Assembly (NCBI GenBank): GCA_950072105.1
Contig: CATMOE010000063.1
Span: forward strand, 1-19,480
Reading direction: 5' to 3'
Source of the DNA: an uncultured Dehalococcoidia bacterium
Lineage (GTDB): Bacteria > Chloroflexota > Dehalococcoidia > Lucifugimonadales > UBA3495
DNA length: 19,480 bases
In this document: positions 8,425 to 16,233 of the stretch, piece after piece
How the letters are laid out: every line of letters begins with the position of its first letter
Numbering within the stretch: the stretch's first letter is position 1
The notes under the pieces: generated by a model
What the model was told of the DNA's origin: nothing
The model's input: only the letters and a program-made list of their open reading frames with translations
The model's database searches: none
Made by a program: the position numbers and the translations under genes

Positions 8425-9474
8425 ATGGGTGACAAGATTGGCATCATGGGAGCCGGCGCGGTAGGTAGCTACGTGGGCGCCTACTTCGTCAAAGAGGGCG
8501 AGGACGTAACCTTCATCGACATGTGGCCAGAGCACGTGGAAACCATGCGGTCCAAGGGATTGCGGGCCAGCGGCAGCCAGGGCGACTTCACGGTGCCGGT
8601 CAACGCCATGCACCTGACCGACGCCCAGAACATCTACGATCTGTTCGACATCGCTATAATCAGCGTCAAGTCCTACGACACCGAGTGGGCCACCCATTTC
8701 ATCAAGCGGTACGTCAAGCCTGAAGGCTTCTTCGTTTCCATACAGAACTGCTGGAACGACCCGACCATCGGCGAGATCGTCGGTCCGGACCGGGCCTTGG
8801 GCTGCGTGGCCTCCCACATCGAGGTCGCTCTCTGGGAACCGGGCCACGTGAACCGGGGCGGCGAACCCGGCCGCGATCACGGCCACACCGTCTTCCGGGT
8901 GGGGGAGCACAACGGCAAGATCACCCCCAAGTCGGAGAAGATCGCCGGCATGCTGGACCGTATCGACGCCGCTTACGCCAGCGACAATCTGTGGGGAGAG
9001 CGCTGGTCAAAGCTGTGCCAGAACTCCATGGGCAACGCCATCTCCGCCATGTCCACCATGGGTTCCCAGGACCTGGCCAAAGACCCCCGGACCCGGCTGT
9101 TCCGCATCCACCTGGCCAAGGAAGGCACTCAAGTAGGCTTGGCCCAGGGCCTCAACGTGGTGGATGTGGGCGGTAAGCCCGCCCAGATGTGGTCCGAGGC
9201 CGACAAAGGCGACGTCTTCGAAGAGCTGGACGACTTCCTGAGCAGCCGCGGCGGCAACGTTAACTGGCTGGCCTCCATGGCCCAGGACGTCCATAAAGGC
9301 CGCCACTCGGAGATCGACTACATGAACGGCCTCATCTGCCAAAAAGGCCGGGAAGTAGGCGTCCCCACCCCCTTCAACGACGCCATCGTTGAAGCCATGC
9401 ACGGCATCGACGACGGCTCCATCAAGCCCGACCCGTCAGTGGTGGACCAGATCATGAAGGACGTTGGGCGGTAG
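8425..9474 (+). CDS. Ketopantoate reductase (PanE/ApbA) family protein
   Basis: GAGAVG Rossmann motif, VKSYD, SIQN, WSKL (catalytic Lys), SMAQD and SEIDYMNG. AGGAG SD. May be a paralog rather than the pantothenate-pathway enzyme. Confidence 0.88.
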   Translation: MGDKIGIMGAGAVGSYVGAYFVKEGEDVTFIDMWPEHVETMRSKGLRASGSQGDFTVPVNAMHLTDAQNIYDLFDIAIISVKSYDTEWATHFIKRYVKPEGFFVSIQNCWNDPTIGEIVGPDRALGCVASHIEVALWEPGHVNRGGEPGRDHGHTVFRVGEHNGKITPKSEKIAGMLDRIDAAYASDNLWGERWSKLCQNSMGNAISAMSTMGSQDLAKDPRTRLFRIHLAKEGTQVGLAQGLNVVDVGGKPAQMWSEADKGDVFEELDDFLSSRGGNVNWLASMAQDVHKGRHSEIDYMNGLICQKGREVGVPTPFNDAIVEAMHGIDDGSIKPDPSVVDQIMKDVGR

Positions 9475-9721
9475 ACCACCCTTAAACAAACTCAGGAGGA
9501 ACGCAGGGCTGGAGAAGAATAGCAACCTAGCGCCTGGATGTGCCGGACAAAAAATAACCGCCCTCGAAGGCGGTTGGCCTGGTCACCAGATGCGATCGGC
9601 AAAAAAATCGCCTCAACAATTTGTTGAGACTGCCGAGCATTATAGCATATCCGGAGTAAGCCCGTCAAGCTTTTCAGCCTAAATCGATAAAAAGGTCCTC
9701 CCATAGGCAATGCTGCCGGTC

Positions 9722-9748
9722 CCGTTCGTCCTGAGCTTGTCGAAGGAC
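9722..9748. repeat. REP-like palindromic unit (CGTC-type)
   Basis: CCGTTCGTCCTGAGCTTGTCGAAGGAC: GTCCT/AGGAC stem around GAGCTTGTCGA, recognised as a widespread intergenic repeat. Single copy in this window. Confidence 0.55.
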
Positions 9749-9802
9749 CCACACACTGAGGAACAACCGGCTAAAACCAGTCGCAGATAAGGCGGTGCCA
9801 AC

Positions 9803-10270
9803 GTGTTCATAAAAGTCGAACCCGCCGACTTCTTAATGTTCCGGGTCATCATGACCTTTGACCTGGAAAACCCCGACTCGGAAGATCAGCAAGTCCGCGA
9901 CTACCTGACGGATCACGACCTAGAGCCCAGGTACACGAACCAGGGCGAGTTTGAAGAACGCCAGTGCGAGTTCATGCAGTTCGGCGGCTGCTACCTGGGC
10001 AACCACCTGCAAAACATCTCCCAGATACAACGAGTGGCCGTGGAAGTCGAGCTTCTCACCGCGGAGATCCGTGTCCACCTGAACATCTCACCCGATGCCA
10101 CCACGCCCCTAGCCAAAGACCAGCAGACCACCATCGCCCAACTGGTAAAAGACTTCCACCGGGATTCATCCTTCCAGACCAACGAAAACGGGGAACTTAT
10201 CGCGGTGTTGGACGGTGACGAGGTCCGGGCAGCCGCCAGCCAACTGGCAAGCGTCTCTTCGGACGACTAA
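9803..10270 (+). CDS. Hypothetical acidic protein
   Basis: 155 aa with GC3-biased codons and an SD-like AAGGCGGT upstream. No family recognised. Confidence 0.75.
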   Translation: MFIKVEPADFLMFRVIMTFDLENPDSEDQQVRDYLTDHDLEPRYTNQGEFEERQCEFMQFGGCYLGNHLQNISQIQRVAVEVELLTAEIRVHLNISPDATTPLAKDQQTTIAQLVKDFHRDSSFQTNENGELIAVLDGDEVRAAASQLASVSSDD

Positions 10271-10298
10271 GCTTCGGCTATAAGGTCCGTTCTTGAAG

Positions 10299-10372
10299 TG
10301 GAGCGGGCGATGGGAATCGAACCCACATGGCTAGCTTGGAAGGCTAGAGCTCTGCCACTGAGCTACGCCCGC
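10299..10372 (-). tRNA. tRNA-Gly(TCC)
   Basis: Cloverleaf GCGGGCG...CGCCCGC-T-CCA, anticodon arm CTAGC-CTTCCAA-GCTAG, T-loop TTCGATT. Confidence 0.97.
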
Positions 10373-10412
10373 TGGTTGAGACTAAATCCTGGCATTTTTC
10401 GGCCCAAAACGC

Positions 10413-10453
10413 CACTTTTTGGGTCACCTTTCCAGGCACGTTTTTGGTCACCT
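10413..10453. repeat. Imperfect 17-bp direct repeat in the tRNA spacer
   Basis: CACTTTTTGGGTCACCT (10413-10429) and CACGTTTTTGGTCACCT (10437-10453), 15/17 identical. Confidence 0.6.
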
Positions 10454-10569
10454 AAAAATTTCCAAAATGCCACATTGATATGATAACTCAACTGGTCACT
10501 GGATGGTAGCGGGGGACCGACAAAAAGGGGTGCCGGCCGGCGACAGAGCGACGGCCAAGGTGGCAAATG

Positions 10570-10646
10570 TGGTGGGCGGTAATGGACTCGAACCACTGAC
10601 CTCTTGCGTGTCGAGCAAGTACTCTAACCAACTGAGCTAACCGCCC
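10570..10646 (-). tRNA. tRNA-Val(GAC)
   Basis: GGGCGGT...ACCGCCC-A-CCA, anticodon arm CTTGC-TCGACAC-GCAAG, T-loop TTCGAGT. Confidence 0.96.
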
Positions 10647-10910
10647 ACATTTGAACGGATGTGCCTTATAGGTCGGGGAAAGATGGTTAGGTATTATGAA
10701 GTTAGGTGTGTTGACATCAGGCCAGGTACCCAGCACACTAACGCGACATGAATTCGGAAGATCGCGGAGGAGAGATACGAATAGAATTGTTCAGGAGCAT
10801 TTACGACTGGCGATTCAGAGGGAGGAGTTCGGAGGATTTTCTTCGTTAGTTATGCGATAGATAACGAGGCACCAATCAACACTCTAACTAAAAAGGGGGG
10901 GTACCACGAG

Positions 10911-11681
10911 ATGAATAGGTTTCTGATTCCATTGCTAGCGCTTGCTTTAATGTTTATTGTGACGTCCAGCCAAACTGCATCGGCTCACGTCACTTAAGTA
11001 ACCATCAACTCTATAAGTAGTACGAATCTTGAAGCTGGCGACACCTTTACTATCAACTTCACAGTGACTGCAAGTGGATCAGCCAAGTGTGTGAATGTAG
11101 CGCAAGGGACTTCAACTGATGCGTATCAATCCCTAGGCACTATCTCCTTTCCTATTAATCCAGCCAACGTCACTACGACGATGACGCTGACTGAGCCAAC
11201 CGGATTTACACCTGGTCCAGGCACTATTCGAGTCACGGCTCGGGGGGTCGTTGGTTGCTCGATCCCGCCGCCCGGACAAGCGGGCAACGGCAACGACGTA
11301 TTCCACGACGACATAGCGGTGACCAAAGGAGACGTAACGCCGCCAGTTATTTCGAGCGTGTCTGCGGACTCGAGCGTACTGTGGCCGCCTAACCATAAGA
11401 TGCGTTCAGTGGCCGTAGCAGTGGTTGTCTCCGACAACTCTGATCCGAGCCCCTCATGCAGTATCATTTCAGTCGGTAGTGACGAGCCTGTCAGCGGCAA
11501 AGGCGCTGGCAACACTTCCCCTGACTGGGAAGTCACTGGTGACTCGACGGTGGACTTGCGAGCGGAACGTTCAGGTAAAGGTGACGGACGAGTGTACACA
11601 ATCGAAGTCGAGTGTTCCGATGCCTCAGGTAATACCTCGACCAGCACCACCGAAGTAACCGTACCCCACGACCAGAGCTAG
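10911..11681 (+). pseudogene. Secreted Ig/HYR-like domain protein interrupted by a premature TAA
   Basis: ATG 10911 gives the signal peptide MNRFLIPLLALALMFIVTSSQTASA-HVT, then TAA at 10995-10997. The frame continues into the 11064..11681 ORF, which ends in the LWPPNHKM...LRAERSG.G.GRVYTI...VPHD module. Confidence 0.75.
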
Positions 11682-11726
11682 AAGAAATAGCGATCCAACC
11701 TGACTCTGTCTAACTAAGTTAGATCG

Positions 11727-11762
11727 AAGGGCCTTGAGGATAATGTTCTCAAGGCCCTTTGT
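11727..11762 (+). terminator. Intrinsic terminator-like hairpin
   Basis: AAGGGCCTTGAG...CTCAAGGCCCTT 12-bp stem with a short T-rich tail, 45 bp after the stop codon. Confidence 0.7.
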
Positions 11763-12119
11763 GTATAAAACAACCCCCGGTTTGGACCGTGGACTGTTAT
11801 TCCCGTGCCCAACCCCAACGTTCCACCCCAGGATAATCATCAGATATATGACACCCAAGTGGGCTTAAGGTGCCGTGGAGATAGGAGTACCCGTAGCTCT
11901 CATACATCCAGTAGTTACTTGGAATTAACAGAAGATAACTGGACAGATTCAGAGGTGGTTCGTAGCTACGGAAGCACAGCGTTAACGGCGGGAGGCGTGT
12001 CGAGCAAGTACTCTGATCGATGCGACAGCACCGAACAGTCCCTCTCCGCATCCCCAGCCCCCCATCCGCATCAAAAGCCATATACAATCCTGTGGAACTG
12101 AATCTGGAGGGGCTAGCCG

Positions 12120-13265
12120 ATGTGGTTATTTGGGGCGCTGGCTGGGAAATCTGGGTACATCATTGCGTTCTTGCTGATCGCCTTGGTGCTGGCGGTTTTT
12201 CTTTTGCCGCAGATCCGTCAGTCCGTGCTGAAACTCCGGTCCCAACAGGTAACGATAGCGCTTACCCCGGGTCAGGCTGGAAATAGTGGGGACTCGCTGG
12301 TGAGCCTGGACATAATTACCGTCCTGGGGAAGGACGGCATACCCTCCATAGACAACCCCCGCTTCGTTGGGCCTGGTGAGGCCGACCAGCAGATGCAGTC
12401 CTTCGAAAGGGTCCTGGGCGTTTCGATCAACGGCGACCACCGGGCCTATCCGTTGAACATGCTGAGCCGCCACGAGATCGTGAACGACACCGTGGGAGGG
12501 GTGCCCGTCGCCGTTACTTGGTGACCCCTCTGCTTTACGGGCATTGTATATGCCCGCGACATCGGCGACACCACCCACACCTTCGGCGTGTCCGGCAAGC
12601 TGATCATGAACGCGCTGGTGATGTACGACCGGCAGACCGACACCCTATGGAGCCAGTTCCTGAACCGGGGCGTCAAGGGTCCGCTTACCGGCACCCAATT
12701 GGAGATTTTGCCGTCCCTGCAGACTACCTGGGAGCAGTGGTACCAGTTGCACCCGGACACCCAACTGCTGGACAAGGGCGGCAGATACAACACGGATAGC
12801 TACGAGGGGTACTACCGGGGCGGGTCGGCTGGCATCATCGGAGAGTCCAACAAGGACCGGCGGTTGCCCGGCAAGGAATTGGTTCTGGGCGTAAACACCG
12901 AAGGCCTGGTGAAAGCCTATCCCTTCCAGACCATCGTCCGGCAACCGCTTATCAACGACTCCATCTCCGGCAAGCAGGTGTTGGTTGTCTTTGACCCAAC
13001 TTCCGAGACCGGCGCCATATTTGACCGTAACCTGGAAGGCCGCAGCCTGGGCTTTGATATCTTGCCCGAGACCGGCGACGGCATCTCCCTGATGAAGGAC
13101 CAGGAGACGGGCAGCACCTGGCAGCTTTTGACCGGCCGGGCAATCAGCGGCGAGTTAGATGGGATGGCCTTGAAGCGGCTGCCCTCTTTCTACGCCTTCT
13201 GGTTCGCCTGGAGCGACTTCCATCCGGACACGGCCCTCTACGAGGCCGGCGTAACGGCGGGGTAG
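12120..13265 (+). CDS. DUF3179-family selenoprotein (381 aa, Sec135 in a UxxC motif), N-terminally membrane-anchored
   Basis: ORFs 12120..12524 and 12588..13265 share a frame. The junction reads VAVTW-TGA-PLCFTG...FGVSGKL..LVMYDRQT..WSQ, which corresponds to the DUF3179 VTYCPLC motif. Also has DGIPSID, HEIVND and FWFAW..FHP. GGAGG SD. Confidence 0.88.
12538..12556 (+). promoter_or_regulatory. Candidate bacterial SECIS hairpin
   Basis: CGGGCAT-TGTAT-ATGCCCG: a 7-bp perfect stem with GU in the apical loop, starting 13 nt after the TGA. Confidence 0.7.
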
Positions 13266-13267
13266 CT

Positions 13268-13666
13268 CTAGCCCCCGCCGGGCACGTGGACGATCGCTTC
13301 TACCTCTACCAGGAACTCCGGCCGCACCAAGGCCGCCACCATTACGGTGGAACTGGCCGGAGGACCGCTGTTGCCGAAGGTTTCCGACCGTACTTTCCCA
13401 TAGGCCGCATAGTCGGCCACGTCGACCAGGAAACAGGTGATCTTCACCACGTCGTCCATGGATGCCCCCACGGCGGCGGCGATAGCCTTGATATTGGCGA
13501 AGGTCTGGCGTGTCTGGGCTTCGCAGTCGCCGACACCCACCAGGTTTCCGGAAGCGTCGTTCCCCACGGTGCCGGATATGAAAAGAAACTCTCCTACTTG
13601 AACACCGGGCGAGAACGCTGGATTGGCGGTCATCCCTTGCGGTGTCACTGGTTTTCTAACGGCCAT
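13268..13666 (-). CDS. RidA/YjgF/UK114 family protein
   Basis: FSPGV..GEFLFISG, QT..TF.NI, DVVKIT.FL, PPASS and LVEVEA. ATG 13666 has an AAGGAG SD. Confidence 0.92.
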   Translation of the reverse strand: MAVRKPVTPQGMTANPAFSPGVQVGEFLFISGTVGNDASGNLVGVGDCEAQTRQTFANIKAIAAAVGASMDDVVKITCFLVDVADYAAYGKVRSETFGNSGPPASSTVMVAALVRPEFLVEVEAIVHVPGGG

Positions 13667-13825
13667 GGTTTTCTCCTTACTGAATAAGCTGAGACAGCGT
13701 GATTTTAATACTTCCAAGGGATAAGAGGTAGACGATAGGATCCCAGAATCGTGGCGTTGAAGACGTGGCTAGTGGCGGCTTCGGCCGGTCAACTGGGACG
13801 AGGGGGTGTCTTAGGGACGCCGGTT

Positions 13826-16030
13826 CTAAACGAAGCCGGGGATGCTGGAGCGGTCCCGGGTGACCGAAGTTACCCCGCGGACACCTTCCAGCTTGGCGAA
13901 CACTTTGCCCAGTTGGTCTAGCCCGGTGGTGTGGACGGTCAGCTCCATCGTGACGGTGCCGTCCGGTAGCTCTTTGGTGATGACCGACGCGATGTTCACG
14001 TGCTCTTCTGAAACCAGGAGGGTAACATCCCGAAGCAGCCCCACCCGGTCATAGGCTTTCATCTTTATCCTGACTGGGTAAAGCTCGTGGGCCTCTCCCC
14101 AGTCCACAGTCACGATGCGTTCCGGCTCATCCTCGTTCGTCAGGCTCGCACAGCCCTCTTTATGGACGGTTACCCCCCTCGTTCGGGTAATGAACCCCAT
14201 TATCGGATCTCCGGGAATGGGATTGCAGCATTGAGCGATGCGGGTAAGTAGATCTCCCACGCCCAACACCGAGACTCCTGAGGACGGACTGGAAAGGGGC
14301 AGATTGGGCTTGATGACTGGCTGCTCGGGCTGATGTTCCTGACTGGCCTGGGAAAGGCGGTAGGCCAACTGGCTTTCGGTGAGGCCCCCGGAACCCAAGT
14401 TGGCCAGAAGTTCGTCCATGTTGTCGAACTTGCACAGGGTCACAATCTCGGCGTCTTCCAGCTTTTGGCTCACCCTGCGGAGTTCACGGCGCAGTAGCTC
14501 GCGACCCCTCTGGATGTTGCTGCTACGGGCCTGACGGCGGAACCATAATCGGACTTTTTGCCGGGCACTGGCCGATCCTACGTACCCCCGGTTGGGGTTA
14601 AGCCAGTCCAAGCTGGGGCCCCTCTCGCCCTTGGATGTCATTATCTCAACGGTATCGCCGTTTTTCAGCTTTGTATCAAGGGAAACCAGCCGGCCATTAA
14701 CCTTGGCCCCGACACATCTATGTCCCAAGTCAGTGTGAATCTTGTAGCCGAAGTCGATGGGAGTGGAACCGGAAGTTAGCTCTACGATCTCGCCCTTGGG
14801 AGTGTATACGAACACTTGGTCGTGGAAAATGTCCTGCTTTACCGACTCGATGAATTCGTCGGTTCCGGCCATCTCCCGCTGCCACTCCAACAACTGGCGC
14901 AGCCAGGTCATCTTTTCTTCGAAACGCAGGTCGCCGGATCTGCCTTCCTTGTACTGCCAGTGGGCAGCTACCCCATACTCGGCTATCTGGTGCAGATCGA
15001 AGGTTTTGATCTGCACCTCCAGGGGATTGCCGCCGTCGCATATCACCGTGGAATGCAAAGCCTGGTACAAGTTTTCCTTGGGGTTGGCGATGTAGTCGTC
15101 GAATTGGCCGGGGATGGGATGCCAGAGTTGATGGATAACGCCCAGGGTCTTGTAGCAATCCTCCATTGAGTTCACCAGAACCCTTAGGGCATACAGGTCG
15201 TATATGTCGCTGAGTTCCTTGCCTTGAGTGGCGTATCGTTCGATCTTGAGATAGATGCTGTAGATCCCCTTTGGTCTACCGACCACCTCTCCTTCCACAT
15301 TGAAGGCGGCCATCTCTTCACGCAGGCGGGAGGCCACCTTTTCCACGTACGCTTCCCTTTCCACCCGTTTGGCCGCCAGCATCTTGGCAATCTCGTGGTA
15401 TTTCTCTTCGTTCAAATGCCGGAAGGCCAAGTCGTCCAGCTGCCACTTGATCTCCCATATACCCAGGCGGTGGGCCAGTGGCGAATAGATATCCAGCGTT
15501 TCCTGAGCGATACGCCTTCGTTTCTCGGGGGCCAGCGCGTCCAGAGTACGCATATTGTGTAGCCGGTCAGCCAACTTGATCAGCACCACCCGTATGTCCT
15601 CGGCCATGGCCACCAGCATCTTGCGCAGGCTTTCGGCGTAGAGGTGGTCCTGTTCTTCCGAGAGGTTTGCATCGGGGTTGGCTTCCAAGGATCGATCGTC
15701 CATTCTGGTCAACTTGGTTACACCATCAACCAGCTTGGTTACTTCATTGCCGAACTTGGAATCCAACTCTTTCAACGTAACGCCGCAGTCTTCGACCACG
15801 TCGTGAAGCAAAGCGGCTACGATGGTGTGGTGATCCAGGTGGAGGTTTGCTAGGAAGAGGGCGGTTTCTAGGGGATGAGCGATATAGGGTTCACCGGAAA
15901 GTCGCATCTGACCTTGGTGGCATTGATCGGCGAAGACAAAGGCTTTTTCCACCAGCTCCGCCGCCTCTTGAGTCAAGTACGCAGAGACCCGGTCGATGAG
16001 ACCCTTAGAATCGACTGTAGCTACCACCAT
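13826..16030 (-). CDS. rel: Long RelA/SpoT homolog, (p)ppGpp synthetase/hydrolase
   Basis: SGEPY..HP, LHDVVED (HD domain), IKLADRLHN, YQALH, EVQI, TGS domain (GAKVNG), CCNPIPGD and ACT (DRVGLL). Confidence 0.96.
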   Translation of the reverse strand: MVVATVDSKGLIDRVSAYLTQEAAELVEKAFVFADQCHQGQMRLSGEPYIAHPLETALFLANLHLDHHTIVAALLHDVVEDCGVTLKELDSKFGNEVTKLVDGVTKLTRMDDRSLEANPDANLSEEQDHLYAESLRKMLVAMAEDIRVVLIKLADRLHNMRTLDALAPEKRRRIAQETLDIYSPLAHRLGIWEIKWQLDDLAFRHLNEEKYHEIAKMLAAKRVEREAYVEKVASRLREEMAAFNVEGEVVGRPKGIYSIYLKIERYATQGKELSDIYDLYALRVLVNSMEDCYKTLGVIHQLWHPIPGQFDDYIANPKENLYQALHSTVICDGGNPLEVQIKTFDLHQIAEYGVAAHWQYKEGRSGDLRFEEKMTWLRQLLEWQREMAGTDEFIESVKQDIFHDQVFVYTPKGEIVELTSGSTPIDFGYKIHTDLGHRCVGAKVNGRLVSLDTKLKNGDTVEIMTSKGERGPSLDWLNPNRGYVGSASARQKVRLWFRRQARSSNIQRGRELLRRELRRVSQKLEDAEIVTLCKFDNMDELLANLGSGGLTESQLAYRLSQASQEHQPEQPVIKPNLPLSSPSSGVSVLGVGDLLTRIAQCCNPIPGDPIMGFITRTRGVTVHKEGCASLTNEDEPERIVTVDWGEAHELYPVRIKMKAYDRVGLLRDVTLLVSEEHVNIASVITKELPDGTVTMELTVHTTGLDQLGKVFAKLEGVRGVTSVTRDRSSIPGFV

Positions 16031-16233
16031 CTAGGTTACCCCGTATATCTTGATGATATTATCGGGAATTCCGATTGTCCAGATGGGCCGGGAATAGGTT
16101 TTGACGCATTCTACCCTTTGGTAAGTAGAATTGCCACATTTTCGCTTCCGAACTTTCGCACCTTCCTGATTTGGGCTTGGCCGGGCCGGGGACCATTGCC
16201 GGGTATCGAATCTAAGGAATCAGGCTTGCTGAA

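Larger units (their letters stand above)
10606..12014. mobile_element. Degenerate mini-island bounded by a 20-bp direct repeat of tRNA-Val sequence
   Basis: GCGTGTCGAGCAAGTACTCT occurs at 10606-10625 (inside the tRNA) and at 11995-12014. The interval is visibly AT-richer, carries a pseudogene, and has no integrase. Confidence 0.6.

Noticed and set aside
7443..8447. 334-aa antisense ORF over serA, and similar shadows (3453..4049, 5730..6320, 8350..8910, 16369..17127)
   Set aside because: These are antisense frames kept open by GC3 codon bias, with no recognisable motifs.
10686..10706. dif/lox-like AT-rich sequence upstream of tRNA-Val
   Set aside because: It lacks the two inverted arms and central spacer. 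It is more simply read as tRNA promoter sequence.
10298..10736. Short ORFs overlapping the tRNA genes (also 17248..17807)
   Set aside because: They are spurious translations of tRNA and spacer sequence.
10995..10997. Recoded stop in the secreted-protein gene
   Set aside because: TAA is not a Sec or Pyl codon, and it terminates other genes in this window (for example 10270 and 18780).
11709..11723. Palindrome TCTAACT-A-AGTTAGA sharing CTAACTAAGTT with 19177-19187
   Set aside because: An 11-mer match over this distance can occur by chance, and nothing else links the two regions.
12120..13265. Two separate genes, or a pseudogene, at the DUF3179 locus
   Set aside because: The shared frame, the TGA at the conserved Cys and the downstream SECIS-like hairpin make Sec readthrough the better explanation.
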